From assembly GCA_944363035.1 (NCBI GenBank), contig CALVTS010000001.1:691-64690 (forward strand): DNA of 64,000 nt. The letters are read 5' to 3'. The translations under genes were made by a program, and so were the position numbers. The DNA is from an uncultured Clostridia bacterium. Its GTDB lineage: Bacteria; Bacillota; Clostridia; Christensenellales; CAG-917. The stretch's first letter is position 1, and every line of letters starts with the position of its first letter. The notes beneath the pieces are model-generated. The model saw nothing but the letters and a program-made list of their open reading frames with translations, was not told the DNA's origin and made no database searches. Positions 54,733-63,652 of this stretch are shown here, piece by piece.

Positions 54733-55986
54733 TCATTTTCTCGTCTGCCCGTCTCCCACGATGACGTACTTCACCGAAGTCAGCTCTTTGAGCGCTATCG
54801 GTCCGCGCGCGTGCAGTTTCTGGGTGGATATGCCCATCTCTGCCCCAAGCCCGAACTCGAACCCGTCCGTAAAACGCGTTGACGCGTTGACGTATACTGC
54901 GGCGGAGTCCACTCTGTCTGTGAAATATTTCACCGCGTCCTTATCGCGGGAAAGTATGGCGTCGGAGTGATTGGTGCTGTGCGAGTTGATGAAAGCGACA
55001 GCCTCCTCGACGCCGTCAACGAGCATAAACGTGATCTTATAGCCCGAAAACTCCGTATAAAAGTCCTGTTCGGTCGCAAGCTCCACCTCCGGGAGTATCT
55101 CGCGCACCTCCTCGGTACCCAGCACGGCGACGCCTTCTGCTTTGAGCGCGGAATAGAGCGCGGGCAAAAACTCGCGTGCTATCGCGCGATCGACGATGAC
55201 GTGTTCCAGCGCGTTGCAGGTGGAGGGACGCTGGACTTTGGCGTTGACGATGACGGGCACCGCCTTTTCGAGATCCGCCGTCCTCTCCACATAGGTGTGG
55301 CAGTTGCCGCCCGCAGACGCGATGACGGGCATGGCGGCGTTGTCCAGCACGAAGTGTTTCAGTCCCTCACCCCCTCTGGGGATGATGACGTCCACATACG
55401 CTTCCTGTTCCAACATGACCTTGCTCGCCTCGCGGGAGGGATCGTCGATGAATCCCACCACGTCGCCGTTGCCGCCCGCGGACGCTATCGCGTCGCGCAT
55501 GATGTTGTACAGCACGCGGTTGGAATTTATCGCGTCCTTACCTCCCCTCAGCACGACGGAATTGCCCGATTTGAGGCAGAGAGCCGCCGCGTCCACGGTG
55601 ACGTTGGGGCGCGCTTCGTAAATTATGCCGATGACTCCGAGGGGCACGCGCACGCGTTTGAGATCGAGCCCGTTTGGCAGGACTCTGCTTTCCACGATCT
55701 CGCCCACGGGATCGGGGAGAGACTGCACCTGCTTCAACCCCTCGATCATTGTCGCGATACGCTTGTCGTTGAGGGTGAGCCTGTCGATGAAAGGCTCTTC
55801 TCTGCCGTTGCGTCTCGCCGCTTCCACGTCTGCGGCGTTCGCCTCGGCGAGCCGCGCGAGGTTTGCGTCCTCGGTGAGAGCGCTCGCTATCGCGGCGAGC
55901 ATGGCGTTCTTTTTTTCCGCAGATGTCGCCGCGAGTTCATAAGACGCCTGTTTCGCCCTTTTGCAGATATCCTTGACGTCGATCAT
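54733..55986 (-). CDS. proA: Glutamate-5-semialdehyde dehydrogenase
   Basis: 417 aa, with IYEARPNVTVDAA, CNALE and STRFTDGFEFG. Confidence 0.9.
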   Translation of the reverse strand: MIDVKDICKRAKQASYELAATSAEKKNAMLAAIASALTEDANLARLAEANAADVEAARRNGREEPFIDRLTLNDKRIATMIEGLKQVQSLPDPVGEIVESRVLPNGLDLKRVRVPLGVIGIIYEARPNVTVDAAALCLKSGNSVVLRGGKDAINSNRVLYNIMRDAIASAGGNGDVVGFIDDPSREASKVMLEQEAYVDVIIPRGGEGLKHFVLDNAAMPVIASAGGNCHTYVERTADLEKAVPVIVNAKVQRPSTCNALEHVIVDRAIAREFLPALYSALKAEGVAVLGTEEVREILPEVELATEQDFYTEFSGYKITFMLVDGVEEAVAFINSHSTNHSDAILSRDKDAVKYFTDRVDSAAVYVNASTRFTDGFEFGLGAEMGISTQKLHARGPIALKELTSVKYVIVGDGQTRK

Positions 55987-56732
55987 TATTCCTCTTCCTC
56001 GTCGAGCACGGTTATGACCGCATTGTGATAGACGTTCTGCACGTCGTCGAGTTCCTCGAGTTTGTCTATCATTTTGAGGAGGGTCTCCTGCTGTCCCTCA
56101 TCGGGATTGACCATGTTTTCGGGGATCATGTCCACTTCGGCTGAGAGGAGCTTGACTCCGTTTTTCTCCAACTCGTCGCGCACCGCGCCGAGATCTGCGG
56201 GAGCGGTGAGCACCTCGAACACCTCGTCGTCATCGGTGAGGATGTCCTCTGCGCCCGCTTCCAGCGCGAACATCATGAGGTCGTCCTCCGCGATGTCGGC
56301 TTTGGAGACGGCGATGACGCCCTTGCGCTTGAACATGAAGGAGACGCACCCCGTGGCGCCCATGGAACCGCCGTACTTGTCAAAGAGGTGTCTGACGTCG
56401 CCTGCGGTGCGGTTTTTGTTGTCGGTGAGAGCTTCCACGATGAAAGCGGTGCCGCCCACACCGTACCCTTCGTAGGTCATATCCTCATAGTTTATGCTGC
56501 CCAGTTCCCCGCTCGCCTTCTTGATGCTGCGGGAGATGTTGTCGTTGGGCATATTGTTCGCCTTGGCTTTTGCGATGGCGTCGCGCAGTTTGCTGTTGGA
56601 GTTGGGGTCGGGACCGCCCTGCTTGACGGCGACCGCTATCTCGCGACCTATCTTGGTGAAGACATTGGCGCGCGCGGCGTCGCTCTTACCCTTTTTCTGC
56701 TGAATATTGTGCCATTTGCTATGTCCGCTCAT
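55986..56732 (-). CDS. yebC: YebC/PmpR family DNA-binding transcriptional regulator
   Basis: The sequence begins [32 protein letters not shown]. Confidence 0.92.
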   Translation of the reverse strand: MSGHSKWHNIQQKKGKSDAARANVFTKIGREIAVAVKQGGPDPNSNSKLRDAIAKAKANNMPNDNISRSIKKASGELGSINYEDMTYEGYGVGGTAFIVEALTDNKNRTAGDVRHLFDKYGGSMGATGCVSFMFKRKGVIAVSKADIAEDDLMMFALEAGAEDILTDDDEVFEVLTAPADLGAVRDELEKNGVKLLSAEVDMIPENMVNPDEGQQETLLKMIDKLEELDDVQNVYHNAVITVLDEEEE

Positions 56733-56747
56733 AAAGCCTCCGTTTGT

Positions 56748-57497
56748 TTAATGAAAGTGAATGGCGGCGTACATCGCGACGCTTGCCGCGACAGCCACGT
56801 TGAGTGATTCCATCCCGTCGGTCATGGGGAGAGCCCGCACCCCTGCGCAGGCGGAAAGGAGACTTTCCCTGACGCCGTGCGCCTCGCTCCCCGCAACGAG
56901 GAGACAGGGGTTTGAAAGAGGGACGGAAAAGATGTCCTCCCCCGCCATGTCCAAGGCATAGGAGTTCGTGGCGCGCACGAGGCTCAAAGCCTCCTCCTCG
57001 GACGCCTCGAAGACGCGCGCGCGGAATATCCCGCCCATGCTAGCGCGCACCGCTTTGGGGGCATATGCGTCCGTGCATCCAAGCAGATACACGTCGCCGA
57101 ACCCCGTCGCCGCCGCCGTACGAAGAAGGGTCCCGAGATTGCCCGGGTCGGACACGCCGTCCAGAAGCAACGCATTGCCCTGCGGCGCCGAAAACCCTTT
57201 CTTCGGGAGCCCGACAGCCGCCGCCAACCCGTAAGGGGTGACGGTGTCGGACACGCTCTTCATCACATCGTCCGAGACCACGAAGACCTGCGTCCCGCTC
57301 CCCGCGAACCTCGCGCGCGCCTCCTCCTCCCTTTCGGGAGTGGCGAGCACGAAACGCACGTCGGCGGAGGACGGGATATCTTTCAGGATATTGCCGCCCT
57401 CGACGGGGAAAAGCCCTTCGCTCTTGCGGAACTTCTTGTCCGAAAGGGATCTGAAGAGCTTGACCGTGCCGTTGCGAGTCGATGTGATGACGTCCAT
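56748..57497 (-). CDS. TrmH/SpoU-family RNA 2'-O-methyltransferase
   Basis: The start is MDVITSTRNGTVKLFRSL at 57497. GNLGTLLRTA and the C-terminal SLNVAVAASVAMY knot motif are present. Confidence 0.8.
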   Translation of the reverse strand: MDVITSTRNGTVKLFRSLSDKKFRKSEGLFPVEGGNILKDIPSSADVRFVLATPEREEEARARFAGSGTQVFVVSDDVMKSVSDTVTPYGLAAAVGLPKKGFSAPQGNALLLDGVSDPGNLGTLLRTAAATGFGDVYLLGCTDAYAPKAVRASMGGIFRARVFEASEEEALSLVRATNSYALDMAGEDIFSVPLSNPCLLVAGSEAHGVRESLLSACAGVRALPMTDGMESLNVAVAASVAMYAAIHFH

Positions 57498-57535
57498 GAC
57501 CTTTGAAAAGAGGCGCACGAAGCGCCTCCATACGT

Positions 57536-57889
57536 TTACGCGAGTTTCGCTTTTGCCTGATCGCACAGAGCGGAGAACGCTTTGGGATCGGACACCGCGA
57601 TGTCGGCGAGGACCTTGCGGTTGAGGTCGATGCCCGCCAGTTTGAGACCGTGCATGAACTTGGAATAGCTCAGGTCGTTGAGGCGCGCCGCCGCGTTGAT
57701 ACGCGCTATCCACAGCTTTCTGAAATCACGCTTCTTCTGCTTTCTGCCGACGTAGGCATAGTAGCCGCTGCGCATGACCTGCTGTTTCGCGATGCGGTAA
57801 AGACGGCTCTTCCCGCCGTAATAGCCCTTGGCTTGCTTCATTATTTTTCTGCGCTTCTTGACAGCGCTTACTGCTCTTTTAATTCTCAT
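57536..57889 (-). CDS. rplT: 50S ribosomal protein L20
   Basis: 117 aa, with [21 protein letters not shown]. Confidence 0.95.
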   Translation of the reverse strand: MRIKRAVSAVKKRRKIMKQAKGYYGGKSRLYRIAKQQVMRSGYYAYVGRKQKKRDFRKLWIARINAAARLNDLSYSKFMHGLKLAGIDLNRKVLADIAVSDPKAFSALCDQAKAKLA

Positions 57890-57901
57890 ATCTCGGTCTC
57901 C

Positions 57902-58099
57902 TTACTGATAGGGCAACAGTCTCTTGAGTTCGGCTTCTTTGGTCTTGTCGATGTACTGGTCCTGCCTCAAGGAACGCTTCCTCTTGGTGGTCTTCTTGGT
58001 CAGGATGTGATCGTGACCGCTGTGATCGCACTTATAGTGGCCGTTCGCGCTCTTTCTGAAACGCTTTTTTGCTCCGCTATGGGTTTTCTGCTTTGGCAT
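57902..58099 (-). CDS. rpmI: 50S ribosomal protein L35
   Basis: 65 aa, beginning [14 protein letters not shown]. Confidence 0.95.
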   Translation of the reverse strand: MPKQKTHSGAKKRFRKSANGHYKCDHSGHDHILTKKTTKRKRSLRQDQYIDKTKEAELKRLLPYQ

Positions 58100-58154
58100 A
58101 AGAGCCTCCTGTTTGATTATTTGCCTGCGGCGGGATGCCCCGCCCGTAAACTTG

Positions 58155-58670
58155 CTATTTCCTGTTCTGGGGAGCGAGGATGGTGAAGATCATCCTGCCC
58201 TCCTGCACGGGCGCCTTTTCCACTACCGCGCCCTCGCCGACCATCTCGATGTAATCCTTGATGATGCCGATGGCGATGTCGGGATGCGCCTGCTGTCTGC
58301 CTTTGAGACGGATGGACGCCTTGACTTTGTTGCCCTCCGAGATGAACTTCGCCGTCTGCGCCGCGAGCCTCTTCGTGTCGCCCACGTCTATCGTCGCCGA
58401 AAGGCGCACCTCTTTGAGCTCGACTATGCGCTGATTTTTGCGCTGTTCCTTCTCCCTCTTCTGCTGGTCGTAGCGGTACTTGCCGTAGTCCATCAGCTTG
58501 CAGGTGGCGGGAGTTACGTCGGGGGGAGAGACCTTGCAGATGTCCAGCCCCTTCTCCTCGGCTATCCTCCTCGCCTCGGAAATGGACAGGATGCCGTACT
58601 GCGTGCCGTCCTCGCCGATGAGCCTGACCTCGCGGTCGCGAATCCTCTCGTTGATGATTAACTCTTTCAA
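58155..58670 (-). CDS. infC: Translation initiation factor IF-3, probable TTG start
   Basis: [34 protein letters not shown] is present. I placed the start at the TTG (L44 of the track ORF), 6 nt after ggagg. IF-3 genes classically use non-AUG starts. Confidence 0.85.
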   Translation of the reverse strand: MKELIINERIRDREVRLIGEDGTQYGILSISEARRIAEEKGLDICKVSPPDVTPATCKLMDYGKYRYDQQKREKEQRKNQRIVELKEVRLSATIDVGDTKRLAAQTAKFISEGNKVKASIRLKGRQQAHPDIAIGIIKDYIEMVGEGAVVEKAPVQEGRMIFTILAPQNRK

Positions 58671-58795
58671 AAGAGCCCTCCGAATGAAAAAAGTCGGCAG
58701 ACAAAAGTCTCCGACACTCCGCCCCGCGATGCGGGAAAACTCTCTGTGACGACCACTTGGCAGGACCGGTGGTGAAAGGAAACCTTTGCTTGCTC
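58671..58795 (-). promoter_or_regulatory. infC-rpmI-rplT leader with an intrinsic terminator just before the RBS (L20-leader-type attenuator candidate)
   Basis: The ~120-nt leader lies downstream of the predicted promoter. The hairpin gtcggagac-tttt-gtctgccgac plus tttttt (plus-strand 58686-58715) ends about 10 nt before the infC RBS. Confidence 0.45.
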
Positions 58796-58799
58796 TCAC

Positions 58800-58828
58800 A
58801 CTATATCAGCCCCTCCCCTCTGTGTCAA
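58800..58828 (-). promoter_or_regulatory. Sigma-70/SigA-type promoter of the infC operon
   Basis: The minus strand reads TTGACA, a 17-nt spacer, then TATAGT. Confidence 0.6.
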
Positions 58829-58971
58829 GCGATTTCGCCCCTCAAATAAAGGCGTTTTCGCCACGCGTCGAGAAGTATGCGGAGGATCGCGCGAAGAGAC
58901 CCCTCCTCCGCCCTCATCGGTAAATCCGTCACATATTCTCTACGTCGTGGAATATCTTCCCCGTCCCCGCC

Positions 58972-59010
58972 GTGAGAAAGAACGGACGCTCCCCTTGAGG
59001 AGAGCGTCCG
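58972..59010 (-). terminator. Rho-independent terminator after thrS
   Basis: cggacgctc(t)cc-tcaa-gg(g)gagcgtccg followed by ttctttct on the minus strand. Confidence 0.7.
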
Positions 59011-59035
59011 CTTGCTTCATACCCGTGCGGGTATC

Positions 59036-60973
59036 TCACTTTCTTGCTTTGCTGTCTATCTCGGCACGCGCCATGGCGAGGAATTCCGCCGCGGTCATGA
59101 CTCCGAGGTCGCCCTCAGCGCGATGGCGCACCGCGACCACTCCGTCCTCCGCCTCCTTGTCGCCGATGACGAGGACGTAAGGCACCTTTTCAAGCTGTGC
59201 TTCGCGTATCTTTTTGCCCAATTTCTCACTGCGGACGTCCGCCTCGGCACGCAGTCCCGCGGCGACGAGCTCCTTCGCGACCGCCTTTGCCTCGGACGCG
59301 GTGCGGTCGGTGAGAGAGAGCACTCTTACCTGTTCGGGCGCGAGCCACATGGGGAATGCGCCGTTGTATTTCTCGATGAGCATCGCGAGAGTGCGCTCAT
59401 AGCACCCGATGGAACTGCGGTGTATGATGAGGGGACGCGCCTTTTCGCCGTTTTCGTCGATGTACATCATGTCGAAACGCTCCGCGAGGGCGAAGTCCAG
59501 CTGAACGGTGAACAGCGTGTCCTCCTTGCCGTGGACGTTGGTGCCCTGCACGTCGAGTTTGGGACCGTAGAACGCCGCCTCGCCCCACTCTTCGGTATAG
59601 TCGATGCCGAGGTCGTCGAGGATGGTCTTCATCGCGCCTTCACTGCGCTCCCAGTCCGCGGCGTCGCCGACATACTTGTCCGCATTCTTGGGATCCCAGC
59701 GGGAGAAACGATAGGTGACGTCATTTTCGAGGTCGAAGGTCTTCAACATGAATTTGATGAGATCCACCGCTCCCGCGAATTCATCCTCGAGCTGGTCGGG
59801 AGTGCACACGATGTGCCCGTCCGCGAGGGTGAACTGGCGTATGCGGGTGAGCCCGTGCATCTCGCCGCTGGCTTCCTTGCGGAACTCTATCGCCGTCTCT
59901 GCGTAACGGATGGGCAGATCGCGATAGGATTTCAGCCCGTTTTTGTAGATGGTGAATTGGAAAGGACAGGTCATGGGACGCAGACAGAGTATCTCGTCGT
60001 CCACATCCTCCTCGCCGATGTAGAACATCTTGTCCTTGTAATGATCCCAGTGCCCCGAGGTGATGAAGAGGTTGTTCTTGGACATTATGGGCGTCTTGGT
60101 GAGCAGATATCCGCGGCGCTGTTCCTCATCCTCGACAAAACGCTGCATGATCTGGATGATACGCGCGCCCTTGGGCATGATGAGGGGAAGCCCCTGCCCT
60201 ATGTTTTCGTCCGTCATGAAGATGCCGAGCTCTCTGCCCAGTTTGTTGTGATCCCGCTTTTTCGCCTCTTCGAGCTTGGCGAGATACTCGTCCATATCCG
60301 ACTTTTTGTCAAAGGCGGTGCCGTATATCCTGGTCAGCATCTTGTTTTTCTCGTTGCCGCGCCAGTACGCCCCCGTGAGCGAGGTCAGCTTGAAGCACTT
60401 CACCTTGCCCGTGGACGCGAGATGAGGACCCGCGCACAGATCGGTGAAATCCCCCTGGGTGTAAAAACTTATCTCCTCCCCCTCGGGGATGTCGGCAAGC
60501 AGTTCCATCTTGTAGCTCTGCTTGGACTTTTTGATGAGCTTTTCGGCGTCCTTGCGGGAAAGGGTGCTGCGCACAATGGGCATATCCGCCTTGATGATGC
60601 TCTTCATCTCGGACTCTATCTTTTCGAAATCCGCCTGAGTGATGGGGGTCTTGAAATCGAAGTCGTAGTAAAATCCGTCCTTGACAGCGGGACCTATGGC
60701 GAGCTGTACGGTGGGATAGATGTTCTTCACCGCCTGTGCCAGGATGTGCGAACAGGTGTGACGGTATGCCAGCCTGCCCTCCTCGTCCTTGAACGTGAAA
60801 ACTTCGAAGGAGCAATCGCCGTCGATGGTCTCGTTCATGGACACGAACCTGCCGTCCGCCTTCGCCACGAGCGCCGCGCGTGCGAGCCCTTCGCTGATGT
60901 GCTTGGTCACTTCGAGAGCGGTCAACCCGTTTTCGAGCTCCGTTTTGCTTCCGTCTTTGAGAGTGATGATCAT
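59036..60973 (-). CDS. thrS: Threonine--tRNA ligase
   Basis: 645 aa. It has a TGS domain N-terminus (MIITLKDGSKTELENG), HTCSHILAQA, class II motifs and an anticodon-binding C-terminus. Confidence 0.93.
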   Translation of the reverse strand: MIITLKDGSKTELENGLTALEVTKHISEGLARAALVAKADGRFVSMNETIDGDCSFEVFTFKDEEGRLAYRHTCSHILAQAVKNIYPTVQLAIGPAVKDGFYYDFDFKTPITQADFEKIESEMKSIIKADMPIVRSTLSRKDAEKLIKKSKQSYKMELLADIPEGEEISFYTQGDFTDLCAGPHLASTGKVKCFKLTSLTGAYWRGNEKNKMLTRIYGTAFDKKSDMDEYLAKLEEAKKRDHNKLGRELGIFMTDENIGQGLPLIMPKGARIIQIMQRFVEDEEQRRGYLLTKTPIMSKNNLFITSGHWDHYKDKMFYIGEEDVDDEILCLRPMTCPFQFTIYKNGLKSYRDLPIRYAETAIEFRKEASGEMHGLTRIRQFTLADGHIVCTPDQLEDEFAGAVDLIKFMLKTFDLENDVTYRFSRWDPKNADKYVGDAADWERSEGAMKTILDDLGIDYTEEWGEAAFYGPKLDVQGTNVHGKEDTLFTVQLDFALAERFDMMYIDENGEKARPLIIHRSSIGCYERTLAMLIEKYNGAFPMWLAPEQVRVLSLTDRTASEAKAVAKELVAAGLRAEADVRSEKLGKKIREAQLEKVPYVLVIGDKEAEDGVVAVRHRAEGDLGVMTAAEFLAMARAEIDSKARK

Positions 60974-61031
60974 AAAAACTCCTTCGCAATCGGCCCTACG
61001 AACGGCCGTGCATTTTTTTATAGCAAGAACT

Positions 61032-61059
61032 ATTATAATTCCCTCTGAAATATAGTCAA
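61032..61059 (-). promoter_or_regulatory. SigA-type promoter of thrS
   Basis: The minus strand reads TTGACT, a 16-nt spacer, then TATAAT, about 55 nt upstream of the ATG. The leader is too short for a T-box. Confidence 0.55.
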
Positions 61060-61142
61060 CCTTAATACGCGAATTTCTTTGTTGAAAGTTTGCCCGACGA
61101 GTGCTAACATGATATCAGGGTATCATAAGGGGGTATATTTTT

Positions 61143-62483
61143 ATGAAACGCTCGCGTTTTTCATCCGTCTTACTGCTCGCTCTCATCCTGCTCGCGGCGG
61201 CGCTCTTCTTCGTCGCGTGCGACGAACCCTCTCCGTACACGCCGTACACGTTCCTCAAAGCGTCCGAAAGCGAGGACGGCTACGCCACCGTCTTCATCCC
61301 CGACGGCGGCGACCTCGACATCATGGTGCTCTCGGACCCGCAGACGGACTATTACGAGAAATACAAGGTGGTGGGCAGTCCCGGCAACGACAAGACGTAT
61401 GAGTTCATCGAGGACTTCGTCAAAGAGACCGACCCCGACCTCGTGGTGATAAACGGCGACTTGGTCATGATGGACGTCGCAGTCTCGCAGGTCCCCTACT
61501 TCGAGCGTTACGCCAAGATATTCGAAAGGCTGGAAACGCCCTGGACATTCGCATTCGGCAACCACGACTGCGACGCGCTCTATTCGACGACCGACGATGC
61601 GGAAGACCCCGACAGCCAATGCACCAAAGCCGCTCTCGTAAGCTATCTTGCGGGAAAATATCCCCATTGCCTCATGAATTCCGACCCCGCGTGCGAGGAC
61701 GGCGACGGCAACCACTTCGTCAACGTGCGCACCGAGACGGGCAAACTGGTCTACACACTCTGCCTCTTCGATTGCGTCTATACCTCCCGCTTCGCCGAGC
61801 CTCAGGACGTGCCCACCGCGGGACAGGTCAAATGGTACGCCGACACGATAAACGCGCTCTCGGACGGCGAATACGGCGAGGATAGGAACTCGGACGAGGT
61901 CGTCCCCTCCGTCATCTTCAACCACATCGGCATCCCCGAGTTCAAGACCGCCTGGGAGGAAGCCTGGAATGACGGCGACCCCACCGAAGCCTACCATTAC
62001 GGACATTGGCTCCAAGGCAACTACACCTCCAATTACGGCAACAGACCCGAAAGCGAACAGATATTCGCAGTCGCGAAAGAGCTCGGGAGCACAAAAGCCA
62101 TCTTCATATGCCACCACCACGACAACGACTTCTCGGTGGACTATGAGGGCATCCGTCTGACCTTCGGTCAGCACTCGGGCTACTCCCACAGCTACCGCAC
62201 CACGCAGAGCGCAAACGGCGGCTTCGGCGACCATTCGGTAGGCAAATGGAAGGACGTGGACTTCTCCCGCATAGACGACTACGGCGACGAACGCGGCGGC
62301 ACCCGCCTCATCCTGCGCGCGGACGGAACATTCGACATCACGCCCGTCTACGCCCGCGATACCCTCCCGAATTACGCCGAGAAATACTACATCGACTATG
62401 ACGCGGTCGCACAAGCCCTTGAAAGCGACCCCGATTTCACCTCCACGGTCACCCGCGGCACCAAACGCGCATGGAAACTTTGA
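61143..62483 (+). CDS. Secreted/lipoprotein calcineurin-like metallophosphoesterase
   Basis: MKRSRFSSVLLLALILLAAALFFVAC carries a lipobox. IMVLSDPQ, INGDLV, GNHDCD and CHHHDNDF are present. Confidence 0.8.
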   Translation: MKRSRFSSVLLLALILLAAALFFVACDEPSPYTPYTFLKASESEDGYATVFIPDGGDLDIMVLSDPQTDYYEKYKVVGSPGNDKTYEFIEDFVKETDPDLVVINGDLVMMDVAVSQVPYFERYAKIFERLETPWTFAFGNHDCDALYSTTDDAEDPDSQCTKAALVSYLAGKYPHCLMNSDPACEDGDGNHFVNVRTETGKLVYTLCLFDCVYTSRFAEPQDVPTAGQVKWYADTINALSDGEYGEDRNSDEVVPSVIFNHIGIPEFKTAWEEAWNDGDPTEAYHYGHWLQGNYTSNYGNRPESEQIFAVAKELGSTKAIFICHHHDNDFSVDYEGIRLTFGQHSGYSHSYRTTQSANGGFGDHSVGKWKDVDFSRIDDYGDERGGTRLILRADGTFDITPVYARDTLPNYAEKYYIDYDAVAQALESDPDFTSTVTRGTKRAWKL

Positions 62484-62527
62484 AGGGATGAGTGAAAGCC
62501 TCTGACATGAAATAGGGCGTTTGCCCC

Positions 62528-62690
62528 CCCACGCACACTCATTCGGAGGGTTCTTGAACTCCCACGCACGCTCATTCAGGGTGTGTTTGAATCCCACGTA
62601 TACTTATTCGGGGTGTGTTTGAACTTTACGTTTCTTCTTCGGAGCGTCCTTGAACACGACGTGCACTTATTCGGAGTGGAGCCGCCTAGC
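62528..62690 (+). repeat. Five head-to-tail degenerate 32-33 nt units (family D)
   Basis: Units start at 62528, 62561, 62593, 62626 and 62659. The pattern is cccacg-N5-ct(c/t)attc(g/a)g(g/a)g-N-gt(g/t)tttgaa(c/t)t, with no unique spacers. Confidence 0.8.
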
Positions 62691-62975
62691 CAAACTTGCA
62701 CAGGGCGTAGCCCTCTTGCAAGTCGGCGGCGACGAAGTGAGTGCCGAGGGCGAGACGAAAAGTGCGTCGGCAATGCGCCATTCTCTTCGCGAAGCGGGCG
62801 CATTGCAAGCGGCATAACATGGCGGCGCCGCAGAGGCGCCGTCCTCGGTAGCCCTCATGCCCGAGCGCCGAAGGTTTCCCCCAAAATGGTGGGTTCCCTT
62901 TTAAGGGGGAACGATTTTGGGGGAAACCCGCAGGAAGGGGGCAAAAATATTTCCCTGTCGCGGGAACGTAACCCC
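62690..62975 (-). repeat. Diverged, inverted relative of the family X element (conserved termini, different hairpin-rich interior)
   Basis: Its reverse complement starts ggggttacgttccc and ends acttgcaagagggc-tac-gccctgtgcaagtttgg. The interior has its own strong hairpins, for example ggtttcccccaaaat...attttgggggaaacc (15 bp) and gcaatgcgcc...ggcgcattgc. Confidence 0.7.
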
Positions 62976-63067
62976 TCAAATTAAATTAGACTGGGCACGC
63001 CGCACACTTATTCGTCGTGTTCGGGGACGCTCTGAATAAGTTCACGTCGTATTCAGGCTGGTTTAAT

Positions 63068-63422
63068 GGGGTATACGTCCCCTAACATGGGAGTATTGTA
63101 CCCCCTCCTCCCCTTCGGGACTCCTCCCCCACTCGGAATAGAGAACTGTCCTCCTAAAATGCGGGACTTACTTTTTCATAAAGGCGCGAACTGCGCCTTT
63201 ATGAAAACACCTCTTGAAAAAGGTTTAAGTCTCGCACTTGCATAATCAAGCGGATACCAGTATAGACTGAACGTCGCTCGCGGGGCGAGGAGGGCGACTC
63301 GACGCGCACCGAGCCCGTGTCTACTTAATTTCTCGTCTAGCTTGCGAGGTCGCAGATACGCGCCGCGACTTGCAAGAGCGGGCGTAAACGCCCGCTGTGC
63401 AAGTTTGGCTGAGCGGCGCGTG
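63068..63422 (+). repeat. Family X element, copy C
   Basis: It is collinear with copies A and B, at an offset of 13332 bp from copy B at the 3' end. Substitutions are scattered (for example tacttaatttctcgtctagcttgcgaggtcgc against tacttaatagccgtctggcttgcgagatcgc). Confidence 0.85.
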
Positions 63423-63459
63423 AGACCGTCTTCGAATGGGTTTTCATCGTGCTCAAACG

Positions 63460-63652
63460 CAGTTGTTCGCGAAATAGCGCGGGATAGAGGCGGAAACTGC
63501 GACCTATCCTACACTAAGATAAACACGGGTGAGACCGCGATATTTCGATGAAGTGCGCGAAAGCGCCCCTGTCGAGAGGCGGAGCTTACCAAATCGTAAG
63601 TGAGCATCTACGGCAGGGGCGCTGACAAAGCAATTCGCGAAATAGCGCGGTC
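63460..63652. repeat. Hairpin module related to family C but with a different apex, bounded by a direct repeat of ttcgcgaaatagcgcgg; it abuts the ABC-transporter stop codon
   Basis: ttcgcgaaatagcgcgg occurs at 63466-63482 and 63634-63650. The stem gcgaaa-gcgcccctg...caggggcgc-tgacaaagc (63563-63622) parallels gcgaaagcgcgcgc..gcgcgcgctgacaaagc of family C. Confidence 0.6.

Noticed and set aside
60974-61142. T-box riboswitch upstream of thrS
   Set aside because: Only about 50 nt lie between the predicted promoter and the ATG. There is no specifier or T-box sequence and no terminator/antiterminator pair.
62528-62690. CRISPR array or ToxI-like (type III antitoxin) repeat array formed by the 32-33 nt units
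   Set aside because: The units are directly adjacent with no unique spacers and are highly degenerate. No cas genes or toxN-like ORF lies nearby. ToxI-type repeats are near-identical and sit upstream of a toxin gene.
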